Translations under genes and position numbers: made by a program
Assembly: GCA_003971905.1 (NCBI GenBank)
Contig: RSEE01000003.1
Location: 1,054,001 to 1,118,000 of the forward strand
Direction: 5' to 3'
From: Moniliella sp. 'wahieum'
Lineage: Eukaryota
Length of the DNA: 64,000 bases
The notes under the pieces: generated by a model
Database searches by the model: none
What the model saw: only the letters and a program-made list of their open reading frames with translations
Told to the model about the DNA's origin: nothing
In this document: positions 53,382 to 64,000 of the stretch, piece by piece
How the letters are laid out: each line of letters starts with the position of its first letter
How positions within the stretch are numbered: position 1 is the first letter of the stretch

Positions 53382-53951
53382 ACGAGGGCGATTCGTTGGC
53401 CAACTCGGTTTCCTCTCTCCCTCCCGTACCGAGGGCGGGATCAACGATGCGTTCCTCGCTTCCCATCCGGCACCCTCGCCCCGTCGGGCCAACAGGGATT
53501 TAACGATGCTCTGTTGAGTACGCTGGGCAAATCAGCCGAGTGAACTGAGAGGCCGTGTTACTTTGTATCTCCCCTCCCCTTTCCTTGGCCAAGGCGCTGT
53601 GCTGTGATGCATTTTTGCAGTCTACGCTATGGATGCTCGCTGTGGATAGTATCCTCTGGGTGTATGGACCCGGACCCGGGTCAAGGAGATGCAGTGGCAG
53701 TTGCATAGCATTCCAACTGCCCCGCCAGCACGCTATTTGTCAGTATGATGACGCCTCCACCAGAAAATGGACCAAGATAATGAGCAGCAAGTCTGCGGGT
53801 ATGGATAAAACAAAGAGGTAGTGGACTGGGAGGAGGAGGAAAGGGAGAAAGAGATGCCATGGGATGACATGAGATGAGATGGCATGAGAGTGACGATGAA
53901 AATCCTGCACTTTGAAGACCAAGGCCAAGGCAAGACAGTACCCAGCAGCGT

Positions 53952-56206
53952 TCATGGTACGTTCTTTTGTTTTCCCGACTGGGAGAAGGCCGAGTGCGAA
54001 CGCGGATCCTAGGTGTGTCCAGCGTGGATTTGGCGCCTGCAACGCGTCGAGGAACCCAAGCGCCTTGCGGGGGGATCTGGCCACCTGAGTCGCGGGAGGA
54101 GCAGTCGAGTGCCGCCTCGGGCCGGACGAGGTGGGGGGTGAGAGGGAGCACAGCCACCACGGAGGCCCCCCACATAGGAAATAGTTGCTCATCGATCCCC
54201 ACCTCCCTCGGCCAGCATCAGCCAAGGGACCATCTAACGCATCACTTTGACCTTGGTTGAGCACGGGACTGGACGGACCACTGCCCGCCTTGGCGTCATC
54301 GTGGTTGACAAAAAGCCAAGACCGCGCCAACTCGTCCCCGCTATCTTTTTGCTCGTTGGCCAGTCCTCCCGGCGGGGGGATGTACCCTGCCGATTCATCG
54401 CCGTCACAGCTAACCGCCGCAAACTCGCGGTGCCAGCGGCAAAGCAGCGCCTGAGGCGGCGATGCTCTTGCCCAGCGCAGCACGTGGCTCGTCCAACGTG
54501 GCAGCCAAACGTGCCGACACACCTTCAAGGACCGACAAGCGCCGTTCAAATGGATGCTGAATCCCTTGTCCCGTCGGGTCGATCGGGTGGATGCTTCCAG
54601 ATGTGATAGGCAGGCGTTTTGCCAACCGCACGACAGAACACCGACCAAAATGGGAGATAGCCAGAGTGGCGCTGCTCATCTCAGCAGTGGCAGGTGCAGT
54701 AGCTGGTTCCGTAGGCGACATTGGCCTGTGCAAGGTCGGGTCGGTGGGGTGTGCCGGGACAGTGGCGGGCCACCGGACCCAGAGAGGCAGGCACGGATGT
54801 ATACCATCAGAGGGCACTACAGTGGCAGTCCCTCCCGAGGAAGCCTCGACTCCTCGGCTTGACGAGTGGCCATCAACAGCGAGGTAATGTACCTTTGAAA
54901 TCGTTTCCCGAAGCCATTCGTCCGAGCCACGGAAGCCCAGGGCAGGTCTGGTCCGGCTTGGTGGTATCCCACCCTTCCAGCACAGCTGGAATGATCTCCT
55001 CCTCCATCCAGCGCTTGTCGGCTGTGGTGAGCAAAACCGCCTGTTGCAGCTCCAGGGAGTCATTGGACGCGGGGCAGAGTACACTCGACTCTATGCCAAG
55101 GGCGGAGGGGGGTTGTGAGATGGAGGAGAGGTAGATGGTGAAGGGTGAACGTTGGGATTGGGGTTATGAGAGGGAGAGCTTGGTGCATCCCCAGACTCGT
55201 CCAGGCTGCAGCAGATGATGGACATGTCCTCAATGTTGACGATAACGTCAATGCTGATATCTTGCTGACTTAACACGATCGGATTGCTTGTCCTACCAGC
55301 CAAGAGGTAGCTTTGAGAGAATCAAGGTGCTGTAATGGAGGTACGGATGAAAAATGGCGTTGCCACTAAAGATTGGCACAGTCTGGGGGAACCAGGTGGA
55401 CAAATGGGTTGGGCCTCGGCACAGTCGTCCAGGTGGGTCATCAAGCCTGGGAAGCAGGAAACCAAAGAATATTGTGCCATACACAACTTCTCAATTGGGT
55501 ATCCGAGAACAAATTCTCCGCTGGAGTAGATGAGCTTGAGGAGGATGAGCGTGTGGCTCCTCCACTCATACACAAAGCGGCGCAGGTTGGTCCCCATGCC
55601 CAAGGCGATATCTAACAAGCGCAGTGAGGTGGGCAAGGACAAGATGGAGGGCTGGACTCCCGATCCCATCGAGTCGGTCGGTATGGGCAAGCTGGGGTTG
55701 GATTCGATTCCTTGAGCGATTGACGCAGAGCTGCTTCCAGCGTGCTCTCGAGGCTGTGGCTAAAGTCAGCAAGCAGCTCGCGATCGTTCAAGTCGCCTGG
55801 TGAAAGTAAGCACGTGTCACAATGGCTAGCTTGTCCTGCACCGGATGGAAGACGGAGCGCGAGTGAGGATCACAACTGCCTTCTGGATGGTGGAGCGGGT
55901 CATGCCCGTTTTAACCTTTAGTTGCGACACGGCACTTGCCTGGTGCAAGAGACACCAAAGATGGTGCCACCAGGGCGGATGGGATGCTGTGCATATGAAA
56001 GAAACAAAAGTCCTCTTCCAGACGGTTGCTACCGTCGGGCAGGGCAAAAAAGGAAGGTCGTTCATCAGCTGGGGATCGTCGCCCAACGAGTCGGGATACG
56101 TCCACTCCACTTGCGGGCCGACCTGGTGGTGGAAGTTGACTACCGCCACGCCGACCACCAAGGGGAGGGTGGAAGTGGCAGGAGCAGGACCAGGGACGGT
56201 GGACAT
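53952..56206 (-). CDS. AVL9: Avl9 / DENN-like late secretory pathway protein
   Basis: VAVVNFHHQVGPQVE, FFALPDG, TRSTIQKAVV, GYPIEKLC..QYSLVS and GSDEWLR. End approximate. Confidence 0.85.
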
Positions 56207-56965
56207 GGCGTGGCTGGCTCCCTTGGCAGGGGTGGCCAGAGAAAGAGAGGTGGTGAGCGCAGCCGTGGTGGTTCGACCGACGATCCCCGTCCCCTTGAGT
56301 TGGTTCTGCCTGTAGCGCCTCCCGTGTCCTCCTAAGTCGCATATGCTCGCATGCGTCATGCGTCCTCTCACAGGGGCTGCGCGCTTGCGCGGGCGGGCTG
56401 GGTGAACGTTTCAAATACGGTCAGCTAATTGTAGTCCGCCCCACTTTACCATCACGTGGTCTACATGGCCAGCTGCTAGGCGCTCGCCGGACTGGGGCCT
56501 GGGCTGCGTAAGGCCCAAAGCCTACTTAATACCATACACAGGGACTGCCGATTACCGAGGATGGACTGCCCTCCATTCTCAGCAGGCCGTCTGGGGCCCT
56601 AAGGCCAGGGAATGCATTGCTACTGCCCCTCATCATGCCAGTCAGGCCTCAGACCAGGGGGCGGGGGTGCATAACGGATCGTGGGGTTCGGCTGGAACGG
56701 CAGAATGGTGCTTGGGTGGGATCCAACGCTCCTGAGACGCACCCGCAAGTTGGCGCCCATCCGTTTCAAACCAGCGCACGCTGCGCGTGTGCAGCGCACA
56801 GCCTTCCGTTTAAATGCATTGACGCGTCGCGCGCGCGTCCGGCGTGGCCAGATTACATAAGCCACGACGCGTCGCCGGTGGTCGGCCGTCCATGGCAGCC
56901 CAGCGCACCGCGCCCATCTCGGGGTTTGATCCTCCCATCGGCTGTTGCTCTCGCCTGCTGCTGCC

Positions 56966-58731
56966 ATGGCGTCTCTGGTGCGACCTGACGCTGTCCTCAC
57001 TGCTCGCGCCGCCTTGCTGCTGCCTCCTGGACTTGATGCTGGCGCCCCCGTCGCTGACCCCCGCACCATCGAAGACGACGATGCGGATGAAATGGACCTC
57101 TTCTTGCTCCAGACCGAAGACGAAATGCACCGCCAGAACGCCGCCTCGGCCACGCCCACACCGTCCGCTTCGTCCCCTTCCCCACCTGTCCAGCCCAAAT
57201 TCTCCCAGGTGAAGCAGGAGCGGTTGGACACGAGCCCGTTGCTCGCGCCACACACCCCAGGCGAAGCCTCCTCGGGCTCTGCCTCGGCTCAGGAAGGAAA
57301 CGCAAGCGCCCCACCTCGGCCAACCCTAAACGCTCCCCTCAGACGCCGGTCACGTCGTCTGGATCAAGGAAAACCGCTTTTTCTAACGACCACGACGGGA
57401 ATCTGCCTTTCCATCTTAAGCGCAAACGTGCATCGGATGGTACTTCCCCACCCCCAATCGCTGCGCGCCACTCCTCGTGCGCTCGCAACCGATCTGCAAG
57501 TGCTGCAGCTCGAGTGGTACGCTGCCTGTTGATGGCGATTGGCACAAGAAAAGTGGATTGGACTGCCCCCCGCATGTATCATCGCGATACCGCACAGAGC
57601 GGCGCATCCGGCGCTAAACACTTGGCCCTCACTGCTCAAGACGAAGAGGGCGAGGACATACCACTGGGGCAAGTTGTGTCCAGTAGAACCATCTCGGTGG
57701 AGTTTCAAATCACCGTCTCCGCCCCTAGCAGCTGATGATGGATTTGTTTCGCGTTCGCCATCGGATATGGTTGAGAGTGAACGGGAGGACGTTACTGGCA
57801 CAAAAGTGGTCGGTGACCCGTCACTGGCTCTCGACGTAGAGTCGAGGATGACGAAGCGGAAGAGGAGTACGCCGATGAAGTGGATGAAGCGGAAGAAGAT
57901 GATCCCATGAAGCTACCTGGGGTGATCTCGTCTCTGGGTCCCACAATGGTCTGGGATGACTCTGAGCTGGTCGATACATGGGCCCAAGCTGAGGCAGAGT
58001 ATGCTATCCTTCATGAGCGGCGCAAGAAACATCGAGAGCTACTGCAGCTCAAGGCCAAGGCGGTACAGACGCGGGCCAAAGTGGAGCGGGAAGCCCGGAA
58101 GACGGAGACACCGGCACCGGTCTCCTCTCTGTTTGATCGGGTGGATCAAGCTGCATACTCTGCTACTCACAAGTCTTCAGCCTCGCCCAGAATCCTGTTG
58201 TGGGGGCTCAAGTTACATCAGAGGATGCCGATAAGAAACAACCAAATGGTTCATCGCACTGCCAACGCCAGCAAAGATGGAGCCACCCATTTCCCGCCCC
58301 TCGCCCGCGCGACTGCCACTTCCACCCGTCCCACCGTCCAACCTGGCGCCGGCGCAGGCCATTGGTCTAACCCACGACGAGATCGCAGAACTTGGCTTAC
58401 TCTTCGTTCTACTTTGGGTATTACCGTGCTTGGCCGATGTTTCTAGCAGTCAAAGTGGAGATCCATCTTCAACTCCTCCCGCACCCTCTGCCGCGACAAC
58501 GCAGCAATCCAACTGGTCCGTGTGGCTCCTCAGCAAGGCGCTTCTTCCATGCCACCACCTACGGTGCAACCACCCTCTGCGCCTAACTCAGCAACACATC
58601 CCAGCCAACCGCCCATGCCGTACGCCCCCTATACAATAGGTCCCAGCATGGCTTACCCCAGTCCCATGCCCTATATGCATATGGCGGCGCCTATCCCCCT
58701 GGGATGTGGTCTCCATTTATGCCCTCCATGA
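56966..58731 (+). CDS. SMN (survival motor neuron)-like protein with long N-terminal extension
   Basis: Gemin2-binding-like VWDDSELVDTWAQAEAEY at ~57949 and YG-box-like LAYSSFYFGYYRA at ~58392. The upstream acidic/Pro-rich frames appear continuous from ATG 56966. Confidence 0.7.
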
Positions 58732-58848
58732 GGCATCAATAAATGTCCCGTTTGCAGGGTGTGCACACCAAGACGATAGATGGGATGAATGGGTATCAGT
58801 GCAAGGCGGAGAACGACAGTCCCAGTTAGACGAGGGGACCAAGGGACT

Positions 58849-59740
58849 TCACTCAAAGCTCTCCTCGCCCTCATTGCGAATCGTATTCAGTGTCTCCACC
58901 CGAGCACGGCCCTTGGTCTCCGATTCGAGTAGCTCGTTGAGCGACTTGAGCGCCCCCGGGTCAATGGTCGCGATCAGCTCCCAGCCATCGTCCCATTCTC
59001 TCGACTCGATCTTTTCAACAAGCGGGTGAACCTTTTCTTTGAGCTTCTTGCCCTCCTTGTTGGCCGCCGTCACGCGCACACGCAGCTTGACTCGCTCCAA
59101 GTCGAGAATCTTCTTTCTTGCAGCTGACGCATCACGTCAAGAGCTTGTGCCTTGGCACTCTTTCCTGGCTTGACGCTGTACCCAATCTCGGTCATCGACT
59201 TCTCAATCAAGCCCACTGTAAAGGGCCGCTGAGACGCGCGGTCGACACCTTGGTTCGAAACCAGCGTAGCGATCTCCCGGAACAAATTGCCAAGCTCTGT
59301 ACTGCGCTCCTTTTCGCCCACTTGAAGTTCCCCCTTTTTAAGGATCTAGAGCGGAAACCAAAGCGTGTTAGTAAGCCCACACAAAACGAAGCTGGGCAAA
59401 GAGGACGTACCTGAAGCACAATCTCTTCTGGTCCGTCGTCCCAAATGCCTTTTGAAGGTCGCCATTGGGAGCCGTCTGCCCTTTGCTAACATTGAAGAAG
59501 ACAGAGTGGATCTGCACCACCTCGTCAATATCCTTCTCGACTCCAGTGCGCCACTCGCGGACCTTGTTCTTGTAGCACGCGATCTCAAAACGCTTTCATT
59601 GGATGCACTGAGGTCAGTCTGTACGCCCTGATGCGGAGGAGTGGGATGGGGATGACATGACATACCTTGCCCCCCTTACGCAGCCGGACAACCGATACGT
59701 TGGTGAGCTTAATCTGCCCTGAGGGTTGGATGATGGGCAT
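58849..59740 (-). CDS. SDO1: Ribosome maturation factor Sdo1/SBDS
   Basis: [34 protein letters not shown] and IDPG. Introns 59593-59665 and 59346-59410. Confidence 0.95.
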
Positions 59741-60220
59741 GGTCGCCGAGGGGGTGAGACTGGTGGTGGTGAACTTGTGCAAAAAGCAGCCGGCGCGATG
59801 CCATCAATCATTTCAACCCAGCTCACCTGAAAAAAGTTTCCGCGTTACGTAACTCGCACCGCCTTTGCAAAAAACTTGCGACGGACTTTAGAACCGCTGC
59901 GCCCCCACTCGCTCTTCCCGTCACGCGCGTGACGACCAAACCAAGTCTTTCTGTGAGTCTGCCAGACAACGCTCAAGGTGATGCTCCTACACGGTCCTAA
60001 TTCAAGACCCAAGGGAAGGATGAAGCTTCAAGCTCTAGGGATGAGGAGTTTATCGTTACGCAAGTCGGTGTGGGAGTGTGGGGGGTGAGAACGTAGTAGT
60101 GTCGAATAGAACGGCGCAGGCATGACTGCTGTACACGACCACGACCACTTGTGGCCCCGGTAAATGCAGGTGGGCAACATGAGCAAAGGAAGGACAGCAT
60201 CAATGCCGTACTCGTATTTT

Positions 60221-60792
60221 TTATGCGGTTGGTGGTGCTTCGGCGCCAGCAGGAGGCGGAGGAGGGTTGGCTTGCTTGCGCAGAGCGTCCCACTCGGCCT
60301 CGAGACGTTCCCGTGCGCGTACAATTTTGCTTTGAATGTAGAAACTCCCTTGCCCGCCGCCCTGGCGACCCTTTGGTGCGGGAGGGGCGTTGATCTTGAA
60401 GAGACGTCGTACGTCTGCAGGCGAATGGGCAAGATATGGTCAGTACCGAAGCATCCAGGGCACTGGCAAGCCCTCTTGTCCAAAGGAGGAGTGCGAAAGA
60501 AGAAAGACACGTACTTTGACCATCTGTTCGATTCTTCTGGCGCAGGAACTTTACCTGGTTTGCGTCCTTGAAATTGAGGATGAGCATGGCCCGTCCGTGT
60601 CATGCGGTGGGCGCGGGTCAATTCGCCACTGACGCCACCAGCTTTGGAGCCAGAGGCAGCCGCGGCGCACCTGCAGCCGCGGTTTCCGGCGTGGCACGAA
60701 TGTTGCGCACCGCCTGGCGGCCGGCCTCATGAATGCCTTACCACGAGGGAGCCAACAAAGAAGACCTGGGCCAGAATCTTAGGCAGCGACAT
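60221..60792 (-). CDS. PAM16: Mitochondrial import motor subunit Pam16 (Tim16)
   Basis: Manual translation: MSLPKILAQVFFVGS..KAFMEAGRQA..MT..AMLILN, intron 60415-60514, then GQGSFYIQSKIVRARERLEAE..*. Confidence 0.88.
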
Positions 60793-62711
60793 GGCGATGG
60801 GGAAGAGCGCTGGTGTGTGGCTGGTCGAGCGAGCTAGGCAATTGCCAACGGAGGTTTCGAAGACGGATTAGTCAGCAGAAAGCGACACTTACAATCTGCA
60901 ACTTGAACGTTGCAGCGCATTCATATTCTCGGAGAGGCAGGTGTATAATATTTCCTCGACGCCCCTCAGATCTTACTACCGTGGTCTTCCTCCTTCAAAT
61001 GGAGGGAGCCTCGCATTCCCCAGGGCGACTTCTCTAGAGGCGTCGTTGAGAGAGAAGCAGGAACTGGAACGCAAGCGGCACGGGGACATTGAGATGGAAG
61101 ACAAGGTAGACCCCAATCTGTCGGATGGATGGCAATCAGGGATGGACCGGGTCCAGGCTAACCTCGCCCTATACGTGTCTTATGCCAAAGAGAGACCCTC
61201 AACAGCCTTGTTCTTCTTGCTCTCTTTGGCCCTCTTCACGGAGCAAACGTCTTTGTCTCGGGGAAGGGGGCAGCGGCAGAGTAACTGCACGATCCCCACT
61301 TTTTTTGGCAGACGGCGGGCACAGCAAAATGAGATAAACGGAAACAATGCCAAAATGGTGTGCTCAAGTATGAAAGTCTCCGCCATGCCTGTTGACCGTG
61401 TGAGGTTGACGATGCGGTGTGGTGTCTCTTCCAATCAACACACACCAAACATTGACTCTTACGAGCATGCAATATTCACTCACCAAACATTGTGGCTCCG
61501 CTTGACCCGCTTCCCTGAGGGCCCAAGTACGAGCCAGCGCACACGCTCATCACGCAGATCATGCGCGAGGGCAAATCCTTGTTCATTGATGTGGGACACA
61601 GTACGAGTCCGGCAGTGTGTCCCATTTGCAGTCCTGTTGGCAAAACGCACTGGGAACTGCGACACCACCAAACGATTGGTTGTGACGACCCCACGCAATA
61701 TAGGAGGGCCGCGAAGGCTGCGGTGCCAGAAGCTTGATCAAGCATTCTCACCACTTCCCTCTGGTGCCAATCAGCTGAGGCCTGAGTTAGGCTTCCGAGC
61801 GTGATGGACGATTGGTTGATTGACGCTACAAATAACCCACGCGTTGCCCCTTTGCCTCTCGTACGACTATTGCTTCTCGACATGTCCTCGTGCACCTGTT
61901 GAAGGCTATATGCCCCCAGGCCGCCGCTGCCATATCACTCATCCCACCTAAGTAACCCCATATCGTAGTCTGTTCACATCCCTGTTGAACAAATGCTGGT
62001 ACTGGAATTGTGGTCGTCATTGACATTATGTGAACCCGTCGATGAACGGAGATCGCCAAGTGGCAATATAGATCCGAGATAGTAGTTCTCGGATCTCATA
62101 TCTCAGCGCGTGCTGTGGGATATTCCGTGGGCAGGGCTTGGCGGTCCTGGCAAAGGAGCGATTCGTGCCGGGTGTAGATCATCAGTCATCGACTTGATCG
62201 ATGCCCTCCCGGCTGGCTTTCCCAGGAGCCGACGACCAAACGGGGACTAGTGATTAAGTGATTGATGATGACCGATGACTTGATCAGACAGGCGGCGAGC
62301 AATTGATAATCTGGGTCATCGATAATCGAGCGGGGTGGGGGCCGGTGCGCGCCGGACACTGGCGCTGTGGCGGGGGCGGGGGGCGTGCGCTAGGGGTATC
62401 GGGGGGAATGCGCCGGGCAGCGGAGGCCTGCGCCTACCCGTGCCAGATGTTCGCAGTGATAACATGCACAACACCTTAGGTCTGGGGAGCCGCGCCGTGC
62501 TTATCAATCGGCCCTGGCGCCTTGCTGGCTGGTGCGACGTTCCACCGGCTCAGATCGGCCCAGCTGACCCATGCGTCCACAGCGTATAAAAGGCCGCCGC
62601 TGCTGAGCCGCCGCCTCGCCCTTCTCTCTCTCTTCTCTCTTGGGTTCGTCCCCCTTGGCCCGCTGCCCAGCCCCGCCTTGTGCCTTGACCCCCCTCCCAC
62701 CCTCGCCTCAC

Positions 62712-63465
62712 ATGAGCACCACCACTGCCACCCCCTCGCCCGTCCCCGGCGTCTTGGTCATTGACCATCCGCTCGCCAAGCACCACCTTGCCAACCTGCG
62801 TCTCGCCGAGACGTCGGCCCGCGACGTGCGCTTCCTCATTGGTCAGATCACCTCTGTGCTTGTGATTGAGGCAACCAAGGACCTGCCCACTCACCAGGTC
62901 CAGGGTGCCGGTCCGCTTGCCCAGTTCACAGGCAGCGAGGTTACGCCCCGGATCGGTGTTGTGCCCATTCTTCGCGCCGGTCTGGGCATGACCGAAGCTG
63001 CGCTCAACTTGTTGCCCGACAACACCTCTGTCCTTCACATTGGCCTGTACCGCGAAAAGGTATCGCTGCAGCCAGTCGAGTACTACAACAAGGTATGTTG
63101 TTTGTCATTTCTTTTCTCCACTCGACCTTGGCTCCTCGTCCTTGGCCCCTCCAAATACTGACGTTGAATTGTTCTTGGCAGCTTCCATCCCAACCCACTG
63201 TGGGCAAAGTGCTCATCCTCGACCCCCTCGTCGCAACGGGCAACACGGCTGTGGCCTGTGTGCGCATGATTCTCGATTGGGGGCTCAAGGTGGAGGACAT
63301 TCGCTTTCTCTCCATTCTCGGGTCCGAGCCCGGCCTTGCCCATCTCGCTGCGTCGTTTCCCGGTCTGACTATCTACACGGCCGCGATTGACCAACATCTG
63401 GATGATAAGGGGTATATCCTTCGGGTCTTGGCGATACGGGCGACCGGCTGTTTGACACGTTGTAA
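62712..63465 (+). CDS. Uracil phosphoribosyltransferase (Upp-like)
   Basis: DHPLAKHHLANLR, VPILRAGLGM, HIGLYR, PVEYYNKLP, LDPLVATG and GYI..GLGDTGDRLF. Intron 63092-63181. TATAAAA at ~62586. Confidence 0.93.
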
Positions 63466-64000
63466 CACTACGCGGCCGGCCTTGCACAAGTTCGATTCTC
63501 AGCACTTTCCAGAACGGGCGTTCTCCTGGGGTCCCTGCTGATCGAGCTGATCTAGCACAACAACGCCTGCAACTTGCTGGGTTGTGGTTTCTCCCCTGAA
63601 CATGCCTTCCAACCATATAAGTACCTGTACCAAAACCAAACCAATCGTATACATCTACTTATCTTTCTTCTGGAGATATTCGCATGTCCAGCACCATCTA
63701 TATTAGGAGACCAACTGAAGACCTCGAGCCTCGGGTTGAATGGAGGTGTGCGCTCCAAGGGCACAAAGTCAATTAGGAGCAATCCATCGACCTGTGGGCT
63801 CGTTCGGCATCACGGATTGATGGATCCGCCGTTTGCTTGAGTGACAAGGGCGAAAAGTGCCAGTGATCTACCCTGACAAGCAGCTTGGCCAAAAGCCATC
63901 GTATGGCTGGCGCACAGTCGGGCTAGTGAGGAGGCGTGTGGATCCAAACGTTGCCCATCAGCACGAGGTGCCCTTGCGGGGCGTGTCGGTATTACTAAGG

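Noticed and set aside
60941..62059. ORFs on both strands between PAM16 and UPRT
   Set aside because: No recognisable motif or consistent gene model. A lineage-specific gene cannot be excluded.

Overview
Eukaryotic, GC-rich, gene-dense fungal DNA. Short GT..AG introns carry CTAAC-type branch points, and the gene content looks basidiomycete-like (Ustilaginomycotina-like by inference). About 22 protein-coding genes can be rebuilt: an amino-acid permease, RPN2, an AMMECR1 protein, a GH5 glucanase, RPN5, CDK11, a TOK1 K+ channel, an RluA pseudouridine synthase apparently fused to a THUMP/Trm14-type methyltransferase, pantothenate kinase, thiolase, a Snf2/Sth1 ATPase, a membrane protein, a PrxQ peroxiredoxin, a CTL transporter, a hotdog thioesterase, AKR1, DAHP synthase, AVL9, an SMN-like protein, SDO1, PAM16 and UPRT. 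Almost all are broken by small indels that look like uncorrected long-read errors, so boundaries are approximate. The most striking unexplained signal is non-coding: intergenic DNA is full of a 7-nt grammar, (TCA/TGA + 4-bp palindrome)n, using at least 13 different palindromes in local 'dialects'. There is also a candidate ~350-nt structured RNA at ~5690-6035. I found no tRNA, rRNA, CRISPR array or transposase.
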